Below are positions 1 to 8,540 of a DNA stretch of 64,000 bases, piece by piece. This stretch comes from Balneolales bacterium (GTDB taxonomy: Bacteria > Bacteroidota > Rhodothermia > Balneolales > HLUCCA01): assembly GCA_041749075.1 (NCBI GenBank), contig JBGTBY010000035.1:350268-414267 (forward strand). Reading direction: 5' to 3'. The notes under the pieces were generated by a model. The model was given only the letters and a program-made list of their open reading frames with translations. It had not been told where the DNA came from and made no database searches. Position 1 is the stretch's first letter. Every line of letters begins with the position of its first letter. The position numbers and the translations under genes were made by a program.

Positions 1-183
1 AGTCAGGATGTCGGCCATGGTCAACGTTCCGGCACTCATCCCATCACTGACCAAGAAAATCACGTTCTTCGTCTTACCGGATGAAGCCTTCACCGCTTTC
101 GCAGCCGGACGCATGCCGATGGTTGTGAGTGCCGCGCCACCCAATAGGGCGCCGGTTTTGAGGAAATCTTTTCTGGAAATCAT
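1..183 (-). CDS. alkaline phosphatase family protein, N-terminal fragment (gene continues off the window start)
   Basis: Not in the ORF track because it is edge-truncated. Reverse complement from the ATG at 183..181 reads MISRKDFLKTGALLGGAALTTIGMRPAAKAVKASSGKTKNVIFLVSDGMSAGTLTMADILT. This is a Tat-like/secretory leader followed by the NVIFxVxDGM metal-site motif of PhoA-type phosphatases. Confidence 0.55.
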   Translation of the reverse strand, partial: MISRKDFLKTGALLGGAALTTIGMRPAAKAVKASSGKTKNVIFLVSDGMSAGTLTMADILT

Positions 184-265
184 TTTTAGAAGCTTTATGC
201 GGGATGCTAGATGCGGGATGAAAGACCCAAGAAATTAGCCTTGAGATGTTAAATCAAGATGATGT

Positions 266-1216
266 TCAGGGTCTGCGGAGGTATTTGAAGACCTCGCTAT
301 CTGTGCTCAGCACGACGGTAGACGTGCTATCCAGTGATTTTTGCAAGGTTTCCAAGGATTTTAGGAAGGAATACAACTCACGGGTCTGTGATGAGCGGTT
401 GTAAGCCGCAGCATAGATGGATGTGGCTTGAGCATCGGCCCGACCACGGATTTCTTCCGCCTGGCGCTGCGCCTCCGATTGGATCGCCGCCAATTCACGC
501 TCCTTGTCCCCTTCAATCACCCTGGCTTCGCCTTGTCCCTCGGATCTGAAGAGTTCCGCGATCTGATTCCGCTCGGAAATCATCCGCTCATACACACGCT
601 GGCGCACTTCATTCACATAATTCATGCGTTTGATGCGGAAATCCAGAATACGAATTCCCAAATCGCCCGTGCGTTCATTGGCCCGCTTCAACACCAAATC
701 TTCAATGGATTCGCGACCGACATTGATGCGCTCCAGCACTTCCAGATCTTCCAAATAATCTTCGGTCAATTCCGGTTCGCGGTTGGTAGAACGAACCAGT
801 TCAAGTAGATCATGGCTGGCCACCGCATTTCGGGTTTCCCCGTCCAGGATGTCATCCAAGCGGGATTTCGCGCCACGCTCATCGCGCAAACGCACGAAAA
901 ACTGCAGCGGATCGGTGATTTCCCAGCGGGCATACGAATCCACGAAAATGAATTTTTTGTCTTTGGTCGGAATCTGATTCGCATCCCCATCCCATTCCAG
1001 ATAGCGCTTGTCGAAGAAGCTGGCTTTGTGGATGAATGGGACTTTGAAACTGAGTCCGGGCGAGGTACGCGGCGCGCCGATCGGCTTGCCGAATTGGGTG
1101 ATGATCACTTGCTCGGTCTCTCGGATGATGAACACACCGTCAAGGACGGTGATCAGCAATATAACGGCTGTGACGCCGATCAGGATGGATTTGATGCTCA
1201 TATCAGTTGCCTCCAC
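266..1216 (-). CDS. hflC: protease modulator HflC (SPFH/band-7)
   Basis: 316 aa with an N-terminal TM helix and an SPFH core (VIITQFGKP...GLSFKVPFI...LEWDG). The start overlaps the stop of the upstream hflK-like gene. Confidence 0.85.
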   Translation of the reverse strand: MEATDMSIKSILIGVTAVILLITVLDGVFIIRETEQVIITQFGKPIGAPRTSPGLSFKVPFIHKASFFDKRYLEWDGDANQIPTKDKKFIFVDSYARWEITDPLQFFVRLRDERGAKSRLDDILDGETRNAVASHDLLELVRSTNREPELTEDYLEDLEVLERINVGRESIEDLVLKRANERTGDLGIRILDFRIKRMNYVNEVRQRVYERMISERNQIAELFRSEGQGEARVIEGDKERELAAIQSEAQRQAEEIRGRADAQATSIYAAAYNRSSQTRELYSFLKSLETLQKSLDSTSTVVLSTDSEVFKYLRRP

Positions 1217-2186
1217 GGTTGGAATTCAGATTGAGCAAGGGCAGCAAATTGGCTCCCTTTTCATCCACAATCACTTTGTCTTTGATGCGCGGCATGATTT
1301 CAGCCATGGTTTCGAGATAGATGCGTTGCTTGGTCACTTCCGGCGCTTTCGCATACTCGGTGTACAGCGCATTGAAGCGTTGCGCCTCGCCTCGGGCCAG
1401 GTTCACACGGGTAAGCGAATAGGCCTCGGCCTGTTGCAGAATTTGCTGAGCTTCGCCTCTGGCACGCGGGATGACGCGGTTGTATTCGGATTGTCCTTGG
1501 TTGATGAGGGTTTCGCGCTGTTGTTGCGCCTCATTCACCGCATTGAACGATTGCTTGACCGGCTCCGGTGGATTCACATCCTGCAAAACCACCTGATCGA
1601 TCTTGATTCCGTTCTCATATTCGTTGCACAAGGCCTGAAGCGCCTGCTCCACACTGAGTGCGATTTCCATCCGTCCGACCGTCAACACTTCATTCACGGT
1701 GCGATCGCCAACCACCATTCGAACCACAGATTCCGACATGTCACGTAAGGTTTTCTCCGCATTTCGGACTTTGAACAAATACTTGTATGGATCGCTGATG
1801 CGGTATTGAACCACCCATTCCACGTCGGCCAGGTTCAGATCTCCGGTCAACATCAACGATTCATCCCCGAAATCTCCTTTCGAATACTGGGTGCGTTCGC
1901 CGATGCTCGTCGTGCGGAACCCAAACTCTTGTTTGAGCTGACGTTCAACCGGAATCTTATACACCTTTTCGACCCAGAAAGGAATTTTGAAATTCAATCC
2001 TGGAGTAACCGTACGCTCATATTTTCCGAAACGGACGATCACGCCAACTTCTTCGGGTCCAACGGTATAGATGGTTGTAAATAATAGAATGACTCCGATG
2101 AATCCGGCGACAATCAGGTTCACATATTTGCGAAGCCGCTGGATTTCAGGAGGCACTTGAAACGAAAAATCGTCTTGAATGGCCAT
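1203..2186 (-). CDS. hflK: protease modulator HflK (SPFH/band-7)
   Basis: 327 aa with a TM helix then the SPFH domain (GVIVRFGKYERTVTPGLNFKIPF) and a coiled-coil tail. Paired with hflC. Confidence 0.85.
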   Translation of the reverse strand: MAIQDDFSFQVPPEIQRLRKYVNLIVAGFIGVILLFTTIYTVGPEEVGVIVRFGKYERTVTPGLNFKIPFWVEKVYKIPVERQLKQEFGFRTTSIGERTQYSKGDFGDESLMLTGDLNLADVEWVVQYRISDPYKYLFKVRNAEKTLRDMSESVVRMVVGDRTVNEVLTVGRMEIALSVEQALQALCNEYENGIKIDQVVLQDVNPPEPVKQSFNAVNEAQQQRETLINQGQSEYNRVIPRARGEAQQILQQAEAYSLTRVNLARGEAQRFNALYTEYAKAPEVTKQRIYLETMAEIMPRIKDKVIVDEKGANLLPLLNLNSNRGGN

Positions 2187-2242
2187 GTGTTCTGAGGATG
2201 AATGAGATGAATTTTGTGCTGGATTAAGCTACAAAAAAGGAT

Positions 2243-3388
2243 TCAGGGGAACGAGATTTTCCCGAGCGATAAGAAATCACCCGCCACTTGTTCATTTGCC
2301 AATGCCGCGAAAAGCAGCGCTTCTTTCGCATCCGGGTTTCCTCCGATGTCTTCGAACCGGGCGATTTTCATGGGATGTAATTTCTTCGCCAATCTCGACA
2401 TCAGCGCCTTGTTATGGATGCCACCACCGCTTCCATATAACACGGTTGAATCAGTTGCCGCTGTATATGTTTTTATGGCATGGGCGATGGATTCGGCCGT
2501 GAAGGCGGTGAGAGTGGCAAGAAGATCTTTGGGATGGATGTTCTCCGGAATCCGGTCCGAGAACGCATCCAAACTGAAATATTCCGGACCTGTCGTTTTC
2601 GGAGGCTTCGCAGCGAAGTAGGGATCTTGCATCAAAACGAATAGCAGGTTTTCATCAATGATTCCGGTCAGTGCGATCTCTCCGCCCTCATCCCATTTCA
2701 TGTCGAAGTGCGTTCGGCAAACGGCGTCTATGAGTGTGTTTCCCGGACCGGTATCAAATGTGAGGATGTTAGCCGTGCGCTCAGTAGGAAGCCAGGTGAT
2801 GTTTCCGATGCCGCCGATATTGAGAAGGATGCGGGATTCGGATGAACTTCGATACAACAAATCATCCCCATATCCCGCCAAAGGAGCTCCTTCCCCGCCT
2901 TGGGCGACATGCTTCTGACGGAAATCATGAATGGTGATGATGCCGGTTAGCGCGGCGAGATGGTCCCCATCCCCGATCTGCAGGGTCGCGTTCGGCATGT
3001 CCACTTGATTGTGGATGCGTTTGGGCGCATGTCTTATCGTCTGACCGTGACTCGCGATCAAGTCCACTTCCCGCTTCTCGATCTTCCAAGATGCGAGTGT
3101 TTCATTGATCATCCGCGCATGCAAACGGGCCAACCAAGCATTGGCGATGGCCAGATCTTCGACTCGAACGGATTCTTGCGTCGCAAACTGTCTTATATAG
3201 TGTGCCTCATCCATTGTGTAAGGAACACTTGAGTACTTGAGTACGTGAGCCCCAGATTCAATTCCTGTCCCGGTAAACCGACACAACGCAATATCAAGCC
3301 CATCAATGGACGTTCCGGACATGAGTCCGAGTATGGTGCGCACGGGTTTGGTCGCAATCTCGTGCAAGAGTTGTACATTTGCTTTCAT
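2243..3388 (-). CDS. anmK: anhydro-N-acetylmuramic acid kinase
   Basis: The N-terminal GLMSGTSIDGLDIA motif and overall length fit AnmK. The start is taken at the MKANVQ Met; the ORF is open up to 3424. Confidence 0.8.
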   Translation of the reverse strand: MKANVQLLHEIATKPVRTILGLMSGTSIDGLDIALCRFTGTGIESGAHVLKYSSVPYTMDEAHYIRQFATQESVRVEDLAIANAWLARLHARMINETLASWKIEKREVDLIASHGQTIRHAPKRIHNQVDMPNATLQIGDGDHLAALTGIITIHDFRQKHVAQGGEGAPLAGYGDDLLYRSSSESRILLNIGGIGNITWLPTERTANILTFDTGPGNTLIDAVCRTHFDMKWDEGGEIALTGIIDENLLFVLMQDPYFAAKPPKTTGPEYFSLDAFSDRIPENIHPKDLLATLTAFTAESIAHAIKTYTAATDSTVLYGSGGGIHNKALMSRLAKKLHPMKIARFEDIGGNPDAKEALLFAALANEQVAGDFLSLGKISFP

Positions 3389-3417
3389 AATCCAAAGGTA
3401 CAATAAGGAGCCACGCC

Positions 3418-3657
3418 ATGACACCCGATGATCTGGATCGATTTGATGAGGATGTGAAAAAATTGGTCGAGAATCTGGCCGGAGCGTTCAAGGCCGCTGA
3501 ATACCGACATTTCATTCAGGAAACGACCGATACCTTGTATGTCTCGCTGAAAGGACTCGAAGCCTTCACTGAAGAGGAAATCCAAGCTCTTGCGATACCG
3601 ATCCTGGACGACATCGACCTGGATTTCGACGAAATCATCCTATTGCCGATCGACTGA
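3418..3657 (+). CDS. small acidic hypothetical protein (79 aa)
   Basis: Open frame with a coding-like, Asp/Glu-rich composition. Its stop lies 1 nt before the ATG of the downstream ThrC-like gene, suggesting translational coupling. No motif recognised. Confidence 0.4.
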   Translation: MTPDDLDRFDEDVKKLVENLAGAFKAAEYRHFIQETTDTLYVSLKGLEAFTEEEIQALAIPILDDIDLDFDEIILLPID

Positions 3658-3658
3658 T

Positions 3659-5344
3659 ATGCATTACGAGCTACGTTGTTTTGTCTGCGACGCGCTCAAC
3701 GACGAGCGCGAAACCTCCACCTACTGCACCACCTGCGGCAATGTGCTGACGGTAAAATATGTTGCCCCCATCACCGGAAATCATGTCCCGTTGAGCGAAA
3801 CGGTAGCCGATCCGTTGCGGACGCGTCCGACCGAGCTCAAACGCCTCAACACCCTTTCCGAGCGATATGATGTCGATATCTGGGCGAAACTGGAGTTCCA
3901 GAACCCATCCGGCTGCTTCAAAGACCGAGGAAGTTTTGTGGAAGTGCGCAAAGCATTGGAACTGAAGGCTGATGCGATTTGCTTGGCTTCCACCGGTAAC
4001 ATGGCGGCATCCGTGGCCATGTTCGCGGGATATTACAATCTGCCCTGCTTCGTGTTCGTGCCCGAAACCACATCCGAAGCGAAACTCGCGCAAGCCACGA
4101 TTTATGGCGCAAGCATCATGCGCATCAAAGGCGATTTTTCGGCTTGTGAGAATTTGTGCAAGGCCTTCGCCAAGTCCGGGAACTACTATCTGGCCGGAGA
4201 TTATGTCTTCCGTGAAGAGGGACAAAAATCCTTTTCCTTTGAAACGATCGAACAAGGCGGGATGGATTTCGATCATGTGATGATTCCTGTCGGATGCGGG
4301 ACGAACTACGCCGCCATCCATAAAGGATTTCAGGAAGCAAAGGCCGCAGGACTTATCACCCGCATCCCAAAACTCGATGCCGTTCAGCCGGAACATGCAT
4401 CCCCCGTTGTTGAAGGCATCTTCAAGCGCGAAAAAATCATCAAGAAGTCGGTCAGCACCATGGCGACGGCCGTGGCCGCTTCCGACCCGATCGACTTTTA
4501 TAAGGTTCTTAGTGGCATCGAGAAAACCGGTGGCGACGCGATGACTGTCACCGAAGCGGAAATCCTCGTCTCCCTTCGTGAAATGGCGCAAACCGAAGGA
4601 TATTATACCGAAGCCGCCTGCGCCCTGCCGCTTGCCTGCCTCAAAAATCATCCGGAGCGATACCGCGGAAAAAAAGTATTGCTCGTGCTAACAGGCACCG
4701 GACTCAAAGACGCTCATGTGGTGGCCAAACACGCGCTTCCGTCGCCGGCGCTGGATGCGGATCTCACCCAAGTACTGGATTTCATCGCGTCGGGCTACAT
4801 CACCATCCAAAAAGATTCGTTCGGGAAATCGCGCGACACCTTGATCGCGAATCTCAAGCTCGCGCCGCGCCAAGACAAAATCTTGCATGATTATCTGAAC
4901 CGCATCAACCGCAAAGGAAAAACACTGTCGTCGAACGAGCTCGAAGTGCTGCAATCGCTGGTGTTCAACGAAGTCGACAATCTGGATTATCCGGTGATTG
5001 TGGACGATTACGACGTGAACATGCGCAAGAATGGCTTGGTCCATGCTTTGGTCACCCTGAAAGTGAATGGCGTGGAAGTGAGGACCTCGAATCATGGGGT
5101 TGGTCCGGTGGACGCCGTGCTGGGCGCCATCAAGAAAGAAACCGATAAGCTGATGGTGGTCGAGGTAAAAGGACATCAGATCGACATCCTGTCCCCCGAC
5201 ACGAATTCCCTCGTTGTGGCCACACTAACACTTGGATATATGGATCAAACCATCACCGTAAAAGCCGCAAGTCCCGATGTGATCGAAGCCGCCGTGAATG
5301 CGTTCGTGAAGGGGGTGGCGATGCTGGGAAGCGTGAAAGCGTGA
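3659..5344 (+). CDS. threonine-synthase-like PLP enzyme with an N-terminal Zn-ribbon and a C-terminal LeuA-type allosteric domain
   Basis: CxxC...CxxC at the N-terminus. Short-form ThrC fold-type II PLP core (NPSGCFKDRGS, ASTGNMAAS, EEGQKSFSFE, PVGCGTNY). The last ~110 aa carry GVGPVDAVLGAI ... SPDVIEAAVNAFVKGV, the signature pattern of the LeuA/CimA C-terminal regulatory domain. Start taken at the internal Met at 3659. Confidence 0.75.
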   Translation: MHYELRCFVCDALNDERETSTYCTTCGNVLTVKYVAPITGNHVPLSETVADPLRTRPTELKRLNTLSERYDVDIWAKLEFQNPSGCFKDRGSFVEVRKALELKADAICLASTGNMAASVAMFAGYYNLPCFVFVPETTSEAKLAQATIYGASIMRIKGDFSACENLCKAFAKSGNYYLAGDYVFREEGQKSFSFETIEQGGMDFDHVMIPVGCGTNYAAIHKGFQEAKAAGLITRIPKLDAVQPEHASPVVEGIFKREKIIKKSVSTMATAVAASDPIDFYKVLSGIEKTGGDAMTVTEAEILVSLREMAQTEGYYTEAACALPLACLKNHPERYRGKKVLLVLTGTGLKDAHVVAKHALPSPALDADLTQVLDFIASGYITIQKDSFGKSRDTLIANLKLAPRQDKILHDYLNRINRKGKTLSSNELEVLQSLVFNEVDNLDYPVIVDDYDVNMRKNGLVHALVTLKVNGVEVRTSNHGVGPVDAVLGAIKKETDKLMVVEVKGHQIDILSPDTNSLVVATLTLGYMDQTITVKAASPDVIEAAVNAFVKGVAMLGSVKA

Positions 5345-5600
5345 AAGCGTAGGAATGTTAAAGCGTCAAAACGTTAAAATGTAAAAGCGGTACCTAAACA
5401 AGACTATGAAATTGAACCGAAAATCTACTATGGCCTCCTCTTCACGTTTTTACGCTTTAACGTTTTTACGTTTTCACAATCGTCTCATTTTTACGTTTTC
5501 ACGCTTTAACGCTTTCACCATGACGCTTTCACGAATCCTGGCACTTAGTCTATTCTTCACATTTTCACACTTTCACGTTTTTACGCTTTCACAATTATAT
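5331..5600. repeat. inverted arrays of 8-bp units (GTNAAAGC on the left, GYTTTNAC on the right) around an AT-rich core
   Basis: The left array, 5331-5390 (GCGTGAAA GCGTGAAA GCGTAGGAATGTTAAA GCGTCAAAA CGTTAAAATGTAAAA GCGG), starts inside the last codons and stop of the ThrC-like gene. The right side has about 14 units of GTTTTTAC/GCTTTAAC/GCTTTCAC/GTTTTCAC between 5444 and 5595 and is the reverse complement of the left units. Confidence 0.8.
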
Positions 5601-7085
5601 GCCCAAATGCCCGACGCCCCGCTCCGTACCGAAGGCGAGGGTCCCTTTCCGCGCTTGATCATCCGCGCTGCGATATTGATCGATGGCTCCGGAGCTCCGC
5701 CAACGGGTCCGGTGGATGTCGTGATCGAAGGAAACCGCATCACCCAAATCGCGACGGTGGGTTATCCGGGAGTTCCGATCACGGGTCGGCGCCCTGAGCT
5801 TCGCGCCGGCGACCGTGAAATCGACGCCACGGGAATGTATCTGTTGCCGGGCTTCGTGGACATGCATGGCCATATCGGCGGCGTATCTCAAGGAACCACG
5901 CCCGAGTATGTGTTCAAACTCTGGATGGCGCATGGCGTCACCACGGTCCGCGATCCGGGCTCCGGAAACGGCATGGAGTGGACCCTTCGTCATCGCCAAC
6001 TCAGCGCGGAGAATAAGATCACGGCACCAAGGATCAAGGCCTATGTGAATTTTGGTCAGGGCTACGGACAAACCATCTCCACTCCCGCCATGGCCCGCGA
6101 ATGGGTGACCAACATTTCAAGAAGCGGTGCGGATGGCATCAAATTCTTCGGGGCGCGTCCTGATATCATGGCCGCCGCGCTGGATGAGGCCGAGAAACGG
6201 AACCTGCGATCCGCCGCGCATCACGCCCAATTGAATGTCGCTCGTTTGAATGTGCTGAACACCGCCCGACTCGGACTCACCACCATGGAGCATTGGTATG
6301 GTCTGCCCGAAGCCATGCTCAAAGACGGAACCGTGCAGAATTACCGGCTCGACTACAATTACATGAACGAGCAGCATCGTTTCGAGGAAGCCGGGAAACT
6401 ATGGGAGCAAGCGGCCGAGCCCTATTCCGAGAAATGGAATGCCGTGATGGACGAGCTCATCGGGCTGGATTTCACCATCAATCCCACATTCAACATCTAC
6501 GACGCCAACCGCGACCTCATGCGGGCCATGCGCGCCGAGTGGCACGACGACTACACCCTTCCCTCCCTATGGCAGTTTTATCAGCCGAACCGTCGGGCGC
6601 ACGGGTCCTACTGGTTCAACTGGGGCACCGAGCAGGAAGTACAGTGGAAAAAGAACTATGTGTTGTGGATGATCTTCGTCAACGAGTACAAAAACCGAGG
6701 CGGACGCGTCGCCGCCGGCTCCGATTCCGGATTCATCTTCCAGTTGTATGGATTCGGATTCATTCGCGAGCTGGAACTGCTGCGCGAAGCGGGCTTCCAT
6801 CCGCTTGAAGTGATTTCCGCGGCCACCATCAAAGGCGCCGAAGCCTTAGGCATGGCCGATCAGATCGGAAGCGTGGAAGTCGGCAAACTGGCGGATTTGG
6901 TCTTGGTCGAAGCCAACCCTCTCGAAAACCTGAAAGTGCTGTACGGAACTGGCGCTTTGGTGCTGAATGAGAACAACGAACCCACAAGAATCGGTGGGGT
7001 GAGATACACCATCAAGGACGGGATTGTGTATGATGCGAAGAAGCTGTTGGAGGATGTACGAACAATGGTTGAAGCCCAAAAGTGA
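5520..7085 (+). CDS. secreted amidohydrolase family protein
   Basis: Metal-dependent hydrolase motifs (LLPGFVDMHGHIGG; C-terminal GSDSG and GSVEVGKLADLVLV). Start placed at Met39 of the tracked ORF, giving a signal-peptide-like MTLSRILALSLFFTF... The upstream 38 codons are just a translation of the 8-bp repeats. Confidence 0.8.
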   Translation: MTLSRILALSLFFTFSHFHVFTLSQLYAQMPDAPLRTEGEGPFPRLIIRAAILIDGSGAPPTGPVDVVIEGNRITQIATVGYPGVPITGRRPELRAGDREIDATGMYLLPGFVDMHGHIGGVSQGTTPEYVFKLWMAHGVTTVRDPGSGNGMEWTLRHRQLSAENKITAPRIKAYVNFGQGYGQTISTPAMAREWVTNISRSGADGIKFFGARPDIMAAALDEAEKRNLRSAAHHAQLNVARLNVLNTARLGLTTMEHWYGLPEAMLKDGTVQNYRLDYNYMNEQHRFEEAGKLWEQAAEPYSEKWNAVMDELIGLDFTINPTFNIYDANRDLMRAMRAEWHDDYTLPSLWQFYQPNRRAHGSYWFNWGTEQEVQWKKNYVLWMIFVNEYKNRGGRVAAGSDSGFIFQLYGFGFIRELELLREAGFHPLEVISAATIKGAEALGMADQIGSVEVGKLADLVLVEANPLENLKVLYGTGALVLNENNEPTRIGGVRYTIKDGIVYDAKKLLEDVRTMVEAQK

Positions 7086-7107
7086 GTTCGACGGTTTCTG
7101 TCATTCA

Positions 7108-7584
7108 CTATTTCCTTGGAATCAGGATCATATGTCCTTTTCCCTCTGTTGCTGTTTCAAAAAACAAGTTCATTTTACCATGGGTAAATGAATACTGAAA
7201 AGTTGTGGCAACTGACGAAGCAAATTCAGTCGCCATCCCACATATCAAGCGATTGCAAACAAATGCAATTTTTATATCCTGAGTTTCTTGGTCGAGGTCA
7301 TAGTATCCAAAACAGTAATTACAGTTACTCTGACCTTCGAGCGAATATTGGTACTCTTTTTCAGCCAACACAGTGTCTTCTTTCAATTCAAACCAATACG
7401 ATTCATTAAAATCTGGTTTTAGGGTTTCTCCATTATCATATCTGATTTCAACCAGTTCCCATGTTCCGAAAATGGAATCCGGAATCAAGGGTTTCTGCTC
7501 ATTCTCAAACAAATCGCATCCGCTCATCAGCAGAGCGGCTACGACAGTCAGGTATATGAAAACATGTTGGCGATTGAAGAACAT
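7108..7584 (-). CDS. lipoprotein, possibly META/HslJ-like domain
   Basis: Lipobox LLMSGC. GTWELVEI...CNYCFGYY...CNRLICG resembles the META domain pattern. The gene is visibly more AT-rich than its neighbours. Confidence 0.45.
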   Translation of the reverse strand: MFFNRQHVFIYLTVVAALLMSGCDLFENEQKPLIPDSIFGTWELVEIRYDNGETLKPDFNESYWFELKEDTVLAEKEYQYSLEGQSNCNYCFGYYDLDQETQDIKIAFVCNRLICGMATEFASSVATTFQYSFTHGKMNLFFETATEGKGHMILIPRK

Positions 7585-7714
7585 CTTATATGATTCGGGT
7601 TTGCGGCTATTCCTAAAGTAGAATGTGCGGCAATCCGACCTCAATCCCAAGTTATGCTATCGTTACCTAATCTTAGGCGACAGGATACCGGACGCGGGAC
7701 CTCTTCTCTCCCCG

Positions 7715-7761
7715 AGGTGGGGGTTCATCCCCACCTATGAACGGGCGGATGCGATCCGCCC
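7715..7761 (-). terminator. two stem-loops immediately downstream of the response-regulator stop
   Basis: GGGCGGAT-GCG-ATCCGCCC (7743-7761) abuts the stop codon at 7762-7764. A second 8-bp stem, AGGTGGGG/CCCCACCT, lies at 7715-7736. No clear U-tract. Confidence 0.35.
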
Positions 7762-8460
7762 CTACTCTTCAACCAACACATCCGGATTACTCGTCAAGAT
7801 GAACCCTCTCTTGCGGACTGTCTGGATGTATTCTTTCGGGGTGATTTCGTTGATTTTCTTGCGAAGGTAGCTCACGTACACGTTGATGAAGTTCGTCTGG
7901 GTGTCGAAGGTGATGCCCCACACTTTGTCGGCCAGCTCTTCTTTATCGATCACACGGTCGATGTTGTGCATGAAATAGGCCATGAGATTGAACTCGTTGT
8001 TCGTGAGCCAGACCACTTTTCCGCCAACCGTGAATTCGCGTTTGATCAGATTGATGTGCAAATCGCCGCAACTCAGATGCTCATTCGATTCGCTGCTTTG
8101 TTGTGAGCGACGCGTGATGGCTTCGATCCGCGCCAACAGTTCTTTGTTATCGAAGGGTTTTGTTAAGTAATCATCCGCCCCGAAATGCAAACCGGATACT
8201 TTTGTATCGATGTTCTTGCGGGCGGAAAGGATCAGGATAGGCGTCTTGTTTCCACGGTCGCGGAGGTCTTTGCAGACTTCGAGTCCGTTCTTATCGGGCA
8301 AGGCCAAATCCAAGATGATGCAATCGAACGGCTGGGTATCGGCTAAACGCTCTCCTTCCTCTGCTTCTGCGGCGACAGATACGGTATAGTTGTTTTTCTG
8401 AAGCACCCGCTGAACCAAGGTGCGCACCACTTCGTCGTCTTCAATAACTAATATGTTCAT
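7762..8460 (-). CDS. OmpR/PhoB-family response regulator
   Basis: Receiver domain (ILVIEDD...DCIILDLALPD...KP) plus a winged-helix Trans_reg_C domain (LTNNEFNLMAYF...VYVSYLRKK). No histidine kinase is adjacent. Confidence 0.9.
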   Translation of the reverse strand: MNILVIEDDEVVRTLVQRVLQKNNYTVSVAAEAEEGERLADTQPFDCIILDLALPDKNGLEVCKDLRDRGNKTPILILSARKNIDTKVSGLHFGADDYLTKPFDNKELLARIEAITRRSQQSSESNEHLSCGDLHINLIKREFTVGGKVVWLTNNEFNLMAYFMHNIDRVIDKEELADKVWGITFDTQTNFINVYVSYLRKKINEITPKEYIQTVRKRGFILTSNPDVLVEE

Positions 8461-8540
8461 GCGGATGCAAGAGGAATAGGATACTCTGAATGCGTAGTTT
8501 AATAAATTCTAATGTATGGTAAAACAGCCAAAATGCCACG

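Noticed and set aside
8-238. 76-aa plus-strand ORF at the window start
   Set aside because: It is the antisense shadow of a much better minus-strand reading, an alkaline phosphatase N-terminus with a signal sequence and the DGM motif.
5406-5519. N-terminal 38 codons of the tracked amidohydrolase ORF
   Set aside because: The peptide (…FYALTFLRFHNRLIFTFSRFNAFT) is simply the in-frame reading of 8-bp tandem units. A signal-peptide-like start at Met39 (5520) is more plausible.
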